A stretch of 64,000 nucleotides of DNA, from assembly GCF_046119375.1 (NCBI RefSeq), contig NW_027362767.1:256432001-256496000 (forward strand). Reading direction: 5' to 3'. Source of the DNA: Phyllobates terribilis. Taxonomy: Eukaryota. Positions within the stretch are counted from its first letter, which is position 1; each line of letters opens with the position of its first letter. The notes under the pieces were generated by a model that was not told where the DNA came from, made no database searches, and was given only the letters and a program-made list of their open reading frames with translations. This document shows positions 49,203 to 60,800 of the stretch, one piece after another. The translations under genes and the position numbers were made by a program.

Positions 49203-49856
49203 GTGAGTGAGCGATACCGCACGGGATGAACCGGAGCCGCTGCCGTCAGTGTGCACAGGGCATGGACTTGGTGCATCTAGATGTCAGCAGCAGTGTTTCC
49301 ATTCACTGACAGCAAGCAGCGATGTAGAGGAATTGACCCCTCGGGTATATTAGGATGCTGCAGAACTTTATCACTGTCCTTTTTTATGCACCCAGAGCCC
49401 CCTGCCCTGGAGACCTCTACTTTATATGTCCGCCTGGTGCCATCGTCATTGGTAGCCCCCCGAGTCCTGTGAGTTGCCCCTTCCCCTCAGACACATATAG
49501 GCGGGGGTCGGACTGGATGCAGGGATTTAGGCCATGTGCTCAAGTTCAGGATTTGATTGCAGACATTTTTGCAACTTTTCTGCATGTCTTGGCAGCGAAA
49601 ACACAGGCTTTTCCGTGATTTTGATGCGTTTTTGTCCAACAATGAATGATTTTTCTTGGTTATTAATAACAGCTCACAGGTGTTTGGTTAGCCGCTACGT
49701 CCCCACAATCAGCAACTAGCAGTGCTTTGGACGCAGCGCATTGTCCAAAAAGCTGTGTTCTAATGCTGCACTTGTTTTGTCAATACATGCGGATCCACCC
49801 CATGTAATGACATTTCAGTCGGTCAAAATCTGAATTGACATGTTACAGTTGAGTTT

Positions 49857-51860
49857 GGGTACATGCCCATGATAAGGAGCCGCTGCGGGTTTGAAGCTGC
49901 TTGTTTATGCAGAATCAAACCCGCAGCGTCCAGATGTTACAGCATAGTGGATGGGATCTCTAGAAATCCCATGTCCACTATGCATGCATCAGAGGCTGTG
50001 GATCACCCGCTGACACTGACATGCAGCGCGTCTTTCAGGACCGCAGCATGTCAAATTCTCTTGCAGAGTCACTAGTTTCAGCAACAGAAATTTGACCACT
50101 GCAATGTATTGAATGCGGTAAAGCAGCATGGTTCAGTGAACACATGCGGATTTACCTGCGTTCAATAGAATGCAGCGTTTTGGACGCAGCAAAAATATGC
50201 TGTGTTAAAAACTCTTCTATGTCTGGATCGTGGGCACAGAGCCTAAAATTAAAAAAATATGGCTTGGGCTCCTGTGTCATTTTCATAACCAGTAGAGGGA
50301 AATCTGACCGCTGGGAGCTGATATTAGTAGCCAAGGAAGGGGCCATTAGCCAAAAATGTTCCCTGGCTTTTAATAACAGCCCACAGCTGTTTGCTTAGCC
50401 TTTACTGGCTAGATTACAGGGGGACCCCAGAAAAAAATTTACATATAGTCCCCCTATAAAATCTAACCAGCAAAGGCTAGGCAGACAGCTGCGAGCTGAT
50501 CTTAATAGCCAGGGAAGAGGCCATGGATACTTGCCCTCTCCGAGGCTAATAATATCAGCTCTCAGTGTCCCTAGAACTGGCGCATCCGTAGGATGCACCA
50601 AATCTGGTGCTTAGCTTCCTCTCTTTCCACTTGCCCTGGTGCGGTGGCAAGTGGGGTAATAGGGTTGTGGTTCATGTCAGCCTTGTATTGGCAGCTGACA
50701 TGAAGCTCAGGTTAGTAATTACCATTACTAACCCCGTAGTAAGGTTTTTGAAATAAAGACACTGCCAGAATAAAGACTTTTATTTTAAATAAAATTCCGC
50801 ACTGTTTTAATCTTTTATTTAAAAGTAAAAAACACCGTATACTCACCTAACGCCCAATCCCCGAAGCCCTCGTCTCCTGTAAGAAACCAAAAATAAAAAA
50901 CAACCATATCCCTCACCTGTCCGCTGTTATGACATAATCCACAGTGTCCCACGATGATCCCGGTCACTTCTACAACAGCCACATCAGCAATCACTGATGT
51001 GACTGTTGTAGAAGACAGCACTGTATACACTGACAGGAGTGTAATCGCTCCTGTCGGTGTATAACGCTGTGCTGCAGGAGTGAGGTCACTGGAGTTCAAT
51101 CAGCTGATGGTCAGCTGAGAGCTTTGGTGACCTCACTTACTACCTCAGTGTTGCGTGAGAAAATTCTCACATAGCACCAATGCCATAAGTGAGGTCTCCA
51201 GAGATTTCAATTGATCTTCAGCTGATGAACTCCAGTGAACTCAGTCCTGCAGCACAGCGTTATACACTGCCGGGAGCAATCGCGCTCCTGTCAGTGTATT
51301 GCTGGATGATCGGATCGCTGTGGGACATCAAGATGACAGCGGACAGGTGAGAATAAGGTGTTTTTTTTATTTTAATATTGATTTATTTTATTTACTTTTT
51401 ATAAAACTGCGCACAGACGCCGGCTGAGGAGATTACTTCTCCCCTCAGCCACACCTGCTCCCACTATTGTCAGCTGGAGCGACCGTCTGATGATGGGAGG
51501 AGCAGTCTCAATTCTTTGTGTATTTTTGCTGCGTTTTTGACTCATTGATTTGAATTGAGTCCGTCAAATACGCAGCAAACATCCGCAGCAAATCCGCAAA
51601 TATTTTTAAACCTACATTTTTGCTGCAGATTTGACTGAGACTCCATTCAAGTCTAAGGGTGAAAAACGCTGCAGAAACGCACAAAGAATTGACATGATGC
51701 AGATTTAAACGCAATGACAATCCTGTCAGGAAAATTCCTGATCATGTGCACAGCACTTCAGGATGGTCATTGCATTAGCTGGCACACCGATTACCTAGCA
51801 TTTTTGGTGCTTTTCCGCTGGGAAAAAAACGCCACAAAACCGCACAGTGTGCACATAGTT
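49857..51860. mobile_element. ~2-kb non-autonomous DNA element, inverted relative of 24896-26891
   Basis: Shared terminal module and internal segments; ends GTGTGCACATAG at 51847-51858. Confidence 0.75.
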
Positions 51861-51894
51861 TTACAGTGTTTTTTTACCTTCTAGAAGGAGCATC

Positions 51895-54800
51895 ATGGGG
51901 CGCTCCTCAAAGGACAAGAGGGACATTTACTACCGGCTGGCCAAGGAGGAAGGCTGGAGAGCGCGCAGTGCCTTCAAGCTTCTGCAGCTGGATGAGGAGT
52001 ATCGGCTCTTCCAAGGTATCCGGCGCCCTCATCGCGTCTCCCTGCCTCGCCCTCATCGCGTCTCCCTGCCTCGCCCTCATCGCGTCTCCCTGCCTCGCCC
52101 TCATCGCGTCTCCCTGCCTCGCCCTCATCGCGTCTCCCGGCATCCACGTACCTCTTGATTAGTCTGCCTGGAGTGATGTCATCGTTGTGATGTAACACAC
52201 AAAAAGCAAGGCTGCCCAATCAGAAGAGGAGCCAGGGATGTCGGTAGGTACTAACAGGTTCTCAGGGCTCCTGTTCAACAGCCACAAAAAACTCACTTGG
52301 CCGCTGGACCTGGTCTTGCAAAACTTTTCAGTCTCTTCTCAAAAGTCCTCTTAGTGCTGGAATCAAGGGCGGAGTACAGACTATATAAAAAGCTGTAGTC
52401 TTTCTACTAAATCCGTGCTCTGCTCTGTGCGCTCTCGGGTTGATGCTGTGCGCTTCTGAGAATTCTTTTGAGCAATCGGTGGGGGTCTAAGGGACAATAT
52501 GCAAAGTATTAAAGGGCCTACAACTTATTAAAAAAACAAAAACAGAAGTATAGTGACTCATTGGCTGTGTGCATATGCTGCGTTTTTTTCAATGCAGATT
52601 GGTCACAAAACCTGAAAAATTTCCTGATGCCATCAAAGTGAATGAGAATCCTAAAGACTCATGCACACGTTGCTTATTTGTGACCTGCAGATTTAGCTCT
52701 GCCATATGTCAATGCTTTCAGCTTTTTTGCTGCAGATTTCACCCATGCTAATGAGTGGGGAAAAATCTGCAACAAAAATGCAGCAAGAACGCACGTTTTT
52801 GCCGCTGCTTTTTTCCTGCCAAGAGAAGCAGAAATTTCTGCACCAAATACTTAGTGTGCACATACCCTTGAACAGATAAGACTTAGTGCCCACGAAGCAG
52901 AAATGCTCCGGATGTTTTCTGCATCTCCCTGGCAGGAAAAACGCATGCGGATTGTACATGCGGATTGTACATGCGTTTTTCCTGCCAGGCAGAAGCGTTT
53001 GTGAAGCGTTTTTGCATGCATTTCCTCATGCGGGTTATGAAGGGATTTTAGAATCACTTGGAAAAGTGCTTGACAACTTGGTCACACTATAAATCCATAC
53101 CGGTTGCATGGATTTATATAGTGTGACCAAGTTAATAGTTAAAAAAAGAATAAAAATGGTAAAAAAAAAAAACATTATACTCACCTTCTGATGGCCTCTG
53201 GTCTTCTCTCCGGTGCGTCCGGTGTCTTGGACAGCTCGCGGTGGTGTAAAAGGACCTTCGCAAAAATAATGGACATGCTGCTTATTTTTCCGCAATGATA
53301 ATCCGCAGCGGAAATTTCCGCAGCATGTGCACAGCACATGGGGATTATCATTGGGGACCATGGGGCACGTATTACCAAGCTTTTACCAAGTTTTTTAAGC
53401 GTTTTCGCTGCGGAAATTCCACTGCAAAAAACGCTTGAAAAACGCATAGTGGGCACGCAGCCTAAAACTTGAGCTCTTGAATTTAGCTGAGCAGAGTCTT
53501 GTGTTTCTTCCCCAGGCGTACAAAGAGCGGTGGACCTGTGTGCGGCCCCCGGGAGCTGGAGCCAGGTTCTTAGCAGAAAGCTCAGGTGAATGGTGTTTTC
53601 TGTGCCAAATCTGAAGCCTCATGCGGGGTGTAGGATCTGCAGCACATAATCAGTGTCTTCACTATGTCTCCTCAGGTCCAGCAATGAGACTACTGAGGTG
53701 AAGATTGTAGCAGTGGATCTTCAGGCGATGGCTCCTCTACCCGGAGTCATCCAGATACAAGGAGATATTACCAAGGTTTGGAAGAAACCTTCACAGTCTT
53801 CTACTGAATTTGTCAGTCTGGATAGGAATTGTCATTTGATCTCGTTTCCTATTTTTAGGTCTCCACAGCTCATGAAATCATCCGACATTTTGAGGGGCAG
53901 CCTGCGGATCTTGTGGTGTGTGACGGGGCTCCTGATGGTAATATCGATATCTCTCTTATGTTCCCTGGTTTTGTTAGGATGTTGTCATTTTATGTAATGT
54001 CACTTTTTCTGGCTTGTAGTTACTGGACTGCATGACATTGATGAGTATATTCAGGCTCAGCTTCTACTGGCGGTGAGTGTCCTTCCAGAAGCGGGACCCC
54101 GTACATTGTGAGAGAAGATGGGTACTTAGTCACATTTCTACACCGCTACAACAGCATAAAATCTGTGATGGATGTAGGGAAAATATTAGCACTGCACCTA
54201 TGGAAAACCATATGGTGATAGAAGGATTTTGTTGTGCATCTGTCCATTACAATTTCCTCAAGCATTGTTACCCAGCTTTTCCAGAATCCTGAGTGACACA
54301 TCTGCCTAGTGTACAGAATGATAGGTGTATTATGGTTTCTGTTCACAAGCTGTAGTAATGCTGTATCTGATTTCCTTGTAGGCTTTAAACATCACAACTC
54401 ATGTGCTGAGAGCAGGGGGCACATTTGTGGCTAAGGTGGGTGACTTGTTGATTGCCATCTCTCTTCCTTTCCTGGCCATATGTCCTGAAGATGAGAACAT
54501 TTCTAATTTAAAATCCCTTATTTTTAGATTTTTCGTGGAAAAGATGTCACACTCCTGTATTCCCAGCTCAAGATCTTTTTCAGAGAAGTCACATGTGCCA
54601 AGCCTCGGAGCAGCCGGAACTCCAGTATAGGTAAAGCAAGTGTACAGAAATCCTAGAACCTCAGAATGGGCTTAACGAGATCACCCCCAAATGCAATAAT
54701 TCCTCCTTCATAGTATATCTGATGGGGGAAGCTCAGAGCTGACAAATGGCATCATTCCCTAAATCAGGATCAACACTCCAGCTGCATAAAACTACAAATC

Positions 54801-57800
54801 CCAGCATTTTGTGACAGGCACAGACTAGCAGACTGCTGTCATGGCATTGTGAGCCCATAGCTTCACAGCAGCTGTAGGTTGCTGACCCTGCCGTAAATCT
54901 ATTGTATCTGGTACAGTGCAGATTGCAGCATTAAAAGGGTTGTCCGCTATTAGGAAAACCCCTTCCCGATCTGAATGTTTGCCCCCTGTGAAAATAAATA
55001 CACCTATACTTACGTCCCGTGCCGGTGCCGTTCCAGTGGTGTTGGCACTCACGTCCCCGTGGATCACGTGCTTTTGTTATGACACGTGAGCCAGGTGCCC
55101 AATCAGCGCTGGTGTCACTATCCACGCCTTCAGACATATACATAATCAAGAGGGCGACCAACCTTAGGTAGCATGAATAATCCAAAACGTTGTCACTGGA
55201 GGCAACACCCAAACTATAAATACCACCAAGAAGAAGCAATAGGTGCTTTTTGCCACTAAAATAAATCTTTATTAAGTATTGCAAAAATGAAAAACAATCC
55301 TACAGAGTATAGCAATGGAGGACCACAAAAATTAAGAGCCCACTGCAAAATTGTCATTTTCTCTGATTTTTCTCTTTCTAGGTATATTTTTTTTAGTAAA
55401 ATGTACATTGTTGTTTTATTCTATAAACTACTGACAACATGTCTCTGAAATTCAAAGCTAAGAATGTTGTATTTATTTGCAGCAAATGAGAAATCATCAA
55501 AATAATAAAAAAGAATCAGAGAAACAGTGCTTTCAGACTTCAAATAATGCAAATAAAACAAGTTCTTATTCTTTTAGAAACAACAATACTCATGTTTTAA
55601 CTGAGGAAGAGTTCAGAAATCAATATTTGGTGGAATAACCATGATTTTTAATCCCAGTTTTCATGCATCTTGGCTGCTTTCTACCAGTCTTTCTCTCTGC
55701 TTTTGGGTGACTTTATTCTGCTCCTGGCACAATAATGTAAGCAGTTCTTCTTTGCTTGATGGCTTGTGACTATCCATCTTCCTCTCGATTACATTCCAGA
55801 GGTTTTCAATGGGATTCAGGTCTGGAGATTGGACTGGCCATGACAGGGTCTTGATGTGGTGCTTCTTCATCCACACATTGATTGACCTAGCTGTGTGGCA
55901 TGGGGCATTGTCCTGCTGGAAAAAACAGTCCTCAGAGTTGGGGAACATTGCCTGAGCAGAAGGAAGTGTTTTTCAAGCATAACCTTGTATGTGGCTTGAT
56001 TCATACGTCCTTCGAAAAGATTAACCTGCCCAATTCCAGCCTTGCTGAAGCATCCCCAGATCATTACCGATCCTCCACCAAATTTCACAGTGGGTGCAAG
56101 ACACTGGGGCTTGTATGCCTCTCCAGGTCTCCGTATAACCATTAGACGATCAGATGTTGGGCAAAGCTGAAAATTAGACTCATCAGAGAAGATTACCTTA
56201 CTCCAGTCCTCTATGGGCCAATCCTTATGGTCTTTGGCAAACTTCAGCCTGGCTCTCCATTGCTTCTCATTGATGAAAGGCTTTTTTCTAGCTTTACATG
56301 ACTTGAGGCCTCCAGGAACCTGGTACCAACTGTTCTTGCCGTGCTCTTCACCCCAGCTGCCATTTGCCGTTCCTTTTGTAGGTCACTTGATGTCATCCTA
56401 CGGTTACTGAGTGCCATTCAAATAAGATGACGATCATCCCAGTCAGTGGAGAGTCGCTTTCGCCCTCTGCCGGTCTGTAGCTTTGTTGTCCCCAATGTCT
56501 GCTGCTTGACCTTGTTGTAATAGACTGCCATCCTCGAAATTTTAAGAATGGAGGCAACATGACGCTCACTGTATCCCTCTGCTAGTAAAGCCAGAATTGA
56601 GCCCTTCTTTTCCTCACTCAAGACTTTTCTTTTCAACTCCTTTGGCATGGTTAAAAGTTATTTTTTCATTCAAGTTACTTTTTTGCTATTCCTAGTCCTA
56701 GCACTTGTTTTGCCATCCAGCTTGTCCTATTGCAAGAGGATTGTGAAGACCACAGCAGTGTTTTTTTATACTTTCCCTCATTACATAAGATTTGGTTCAG
56801 GTGATCACCTAATCAGAAGCACATTCAGTAGAATGAGGTGGACTTTGGTTGGAATTCAACTGACACTGGAATGGAATGGCTGTCAGAGATGTAGAGATGG
56901 GGATTTTTAGAAATAGACAGCCCAGGAATTTACAGGAACAGGATGCTTTTTGCCAAGAAGAATGGGCAGCTTTACCATCTGAGAAAATAAAGAACCTCAT
57001 CCACAACTACCACAAAAGACTTCAAGCTGTCATTGATGTTAGAGGGGGCAATACACGGTATTAAGAACTGGGGTATGTGAACATTCAATCAGGGTCATTT
57101 GGATGTTTTTGGTTGTCATTAAGATTTAAAAAGAGAAAACACAGTAGTTTGACAATAAATGGCTTCACCCATCCAATAACCATGAGTGGAGAAAAAGTTT
57201 TTTTTGTTATTATTCATATTCTCTGAAACAAGGCCAAGAAAGGAAAAATTCTGCCTGGGTATATAAACTTTTGTTTACAACTGTATAATTAATTGCGGTG
57301 CTATAGATCTTATAATTCATTAAAAAAAAAAAAAAAAAAAAAAAAAAAGTTATATATACAGTACAGACCAAAAGTTTGGACACACCTTCTCATTTAAAGA
57401 TTTTTCTGTATTTTCATGACTATGAAAATTGCACATTCACACTGAAGGCATCAAAACTATGAATTAACACATGTGGAATTATATACTTAACAAAAAAGTG
57501 TGAAACAACTGAAAATATGTCTTATATTCTAGGTTCTTCAAAGTAGCCACCTTTTGCTTTGATGACTGCTTTGCACACTCTTGGCATCCTCTTGATGAGC
57601 TTCAAGAGGTAGTCACCGGAAATGGTTTTCACTTCACAGGTGTGTCCTGTCAGGTTTAATAAGTGGGATTTCTTGCCTTATAAATGGGGTTGGGACCATC
57701 AGTTGTGTTGTGCAGAAGTCTGGTGGATACACAGCTGATAGTCCTACTGAATAGACTGTTAGAATTTGTATTATGGCAAGAAAAAAGCAGCTAAGTAAAG

Positions 57801-60800
57801 AAAAATGAGTGGCCATCATTACTTTAAGAAATGAAGGTCAGTCAGTCTGAAAAATTTGGCAAACTTTGAAAGTGTCCTTAAGTGCAGTTGCAAAAACCAT
57901 CAAGCGCTACAAAGAAACTGGCTCACATGAGGACCGCCCCAGGAAAGGAAGACCAAGAGTCACCTCTGCTTCTGCGGATAAGTTTATCCGAGTCACCAGC
58001 CTCAGAAAGCGCAGGTTAACAGCAGCTCAGATTAGAGACCAGGTCAATGCCACACAGAGTTCTAGCAGCAGACACATCTCTACAACAACTGTTAAGAGGA
58101 GACTTTGTGCAGCAGGCCTTCATGGTAAAATAGCTGCTAGGAAACCACTGCTAAGGACAGGCAACAAGCAGAAGAGACTTGTTTGGGCTAAAGAACACAA
58201 GGAATGGACATTAGACCAGTGGAAATCTGTGCTTTGGTCTGATGAGTCCAAATTTGAGATCTTTGGTTCCAACCACCCTGTCTTTGTGCGACGCACAAAA
58301 GGTGAACGGATGGACTCTACATGCCTGATTCCCACCGTGAAGCATGGAGGAGGAGGTGTGATGGTGTGGAGCTGTGTAAGGCCTATTTGACCAAGAAGGA
58401 GAGTGATGGGGTGCTACGCCAGATGGCCTGGCCTCCACAGTCACCAGACCTGAACCCAATCAAGATGGTTTGGGGTGAGCTGGACCGCAGAGTGAAGGCA
58501 AAAGGGCCAACAAGTGCTAAGCATCTCTGGGAACTCCTTCAAGATTGTTGGAAGACCATTTCCGGTGACTACCTCTTGAAGCTCATCAAGAGAATGCCAA
58601 GAGTGTGCAAAGCAGTCATCAAAGCAAAAGGTGGCTACTTTGAAGAACCTAGAATGTAAGACATATTTTCAGTTGTTTCACACTTTTTTGTTAAGTATAT
58701 AATTCCACATGTGTTAATTCATAGTTTTGATGCCTTCAGTGTGAATGTACAATTTTCATAGTCATGAAAATACAGAAAAAGCTTTAAATGAGAAGGTGTG
58801 TCCAAACTTTTGGTCTGTACTGTATATATAAAGTTTGGACACACCTTCTCATTTAAAGATTTTTCTGTATTTTCATGACTATGAAAATTGTACATTCACA
58901 CTGAAGGCATCAAAACTATGAATTAACACATGTGGAATTATATACTTAACAAAAAAGTGTGAAACAACTGAAAATATGTCTTACATTCTAGGTTCTTCAA
59001 AGTAGCCACCTTTTGCTTTGATGACTGCTTTGCACACTCTTGGCATTCTCTTGATGAGCTTCAAGAGGTAGTCACCGGAAATGGTCTTCCAACAATCTTG
59101 AAGGAGCTCCCAGAGATGCTTAGCACTTGTTGGCCCTTTTGCCTTCACTCTGCGGTCCAGCTCACCCCAAACCATCTCGATTGGGTTCAGGTCTGGTGAC
59201 TGTGGAGGCCAGGTCATCTGGCGTAGCACCCCATCACTCTTGCTCTTGGTCAAATAGCCCTTACACAGCCTGGAGGAGTCTTTGGGGTCATTGTCCTGTT
59301 GAAAAATAAATGATGGTCCAACTAAACGCAAACCGGATGGAATAGCATGCCGCTGCAAGATGCCGTGGTAGCCATGCTGGTTCAGTATGCCTTCAATTTT
59401 GAATAACTCCCCAACAGTGTCACCAGCAAAGCACCCCCACACCATCACACCTCCTCCTCCATGCTTCACGGTGGGAACCAGGCATGTAGAGTCCATCCGT
59501 TCACCTTTTCTGCGTCGCAGAAAGACACGGTGGTTGGAACCAAAGATCTCAAATTTGGACTCATCAGACCAAAGCACAGATTTCCACTGGTCTAATGTCC
59601 ATTCCTTGTGTTCTTTAGCCCAAACAAGTCTCTTCTGCTTGTTGCCTGTCCTTAGCAGTGGTTTCCTAGCAGCTATTTTACCATGAAGGCCTGCTGCACA
59701 AAGTCTCCTCTTAACAGTTGTTGAAGAGATGTGTCTGCTGCTAGAACTCTGTGTGGCATTGACCTGGTCTCTAATCTGAGCTGCTGTTAACCTGCGATTT
59801 CTGAGGCTGGTGACTCGGATAAACTTATCCTCAGAAGCAGAGGTGACTCTTGGTCTTCCTTTCCTGGGGCGGTCCTCATGTGAGCCAGTTTCTTTGTAGC
59901 ACTTGATGGTGTTTGCAACTGCACTTGGGGACACTTTCAAAGTTTTCCCAATTTTTCGGACTGACTGACCTTCATTTCTTAAAGTAATGATGGCCACTCG
60001 TTTTTCTTTACTTAGCTGTTTTTTTCTTGCCATAATACAAATTCTAACAGTCTATTCAGTAGGACTATCAGCTGTGTATACACCAGACTTCTGCACAACA
60101 CAACTGATGGTCCCAACCCCATTTATAAGGCAAGAAATCCCACTTATTAAACCTGACAGGGCACACCTGTGAAGTGAAAACCATTTCCGGTGACTACCTC
60201 TTGAAGCTCATCAAGAGAATGCCAAGAGTGTGCAAAGCAGTCATCAAAGCAAAAGGTGGCTACTTTGAAGAACCTAGAATAAAAGACATATTTTCAGTTG
60301 TTTCACACTTTTTTGTTAAGTATATAATTCCACATGTGTTAATTCATAGTTTTGAGGCCTTCAGTGTGAATGCACAATTTTCATAGTCATGAAAATACAG
60401 AAAAATCTTTAAATGAGAAGGTGTGTCCAAACTTTTGTATATATATATATCTCTATCTATCTCTATCATGGTTGTCAGCAAACAAAAAAAATCCTGATAA
60501 TTAAATGCATATATGGCAAAATATAAATATTAACTTAATATTGCCCTATATGGTTGACATTAACCATAAAAAATGTCAGTGTCTGTAGATACTACTAAAG
60601 AGAGAGCTTCATAGACTCAAAAGCCCAAGTGGGTACACATATATAGTATATAATGTTTAAACTCTTATCGAGAATCTCCTATAGAATAATGCATCCCAAA
60701 TAAAGGAGAAGTAGCTACAGGGCAACTTACATGTCCAAGGTAATATGCCCCCGATGAAGCAAGAGCAAAACTTGCATTGGGGCACTTAGCACCACATCCG

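Noticed and set aside
60174-60386. Separate short transposase gene
   Set aside because: It is the copy of the transposase C-terminus contained in the TIR.
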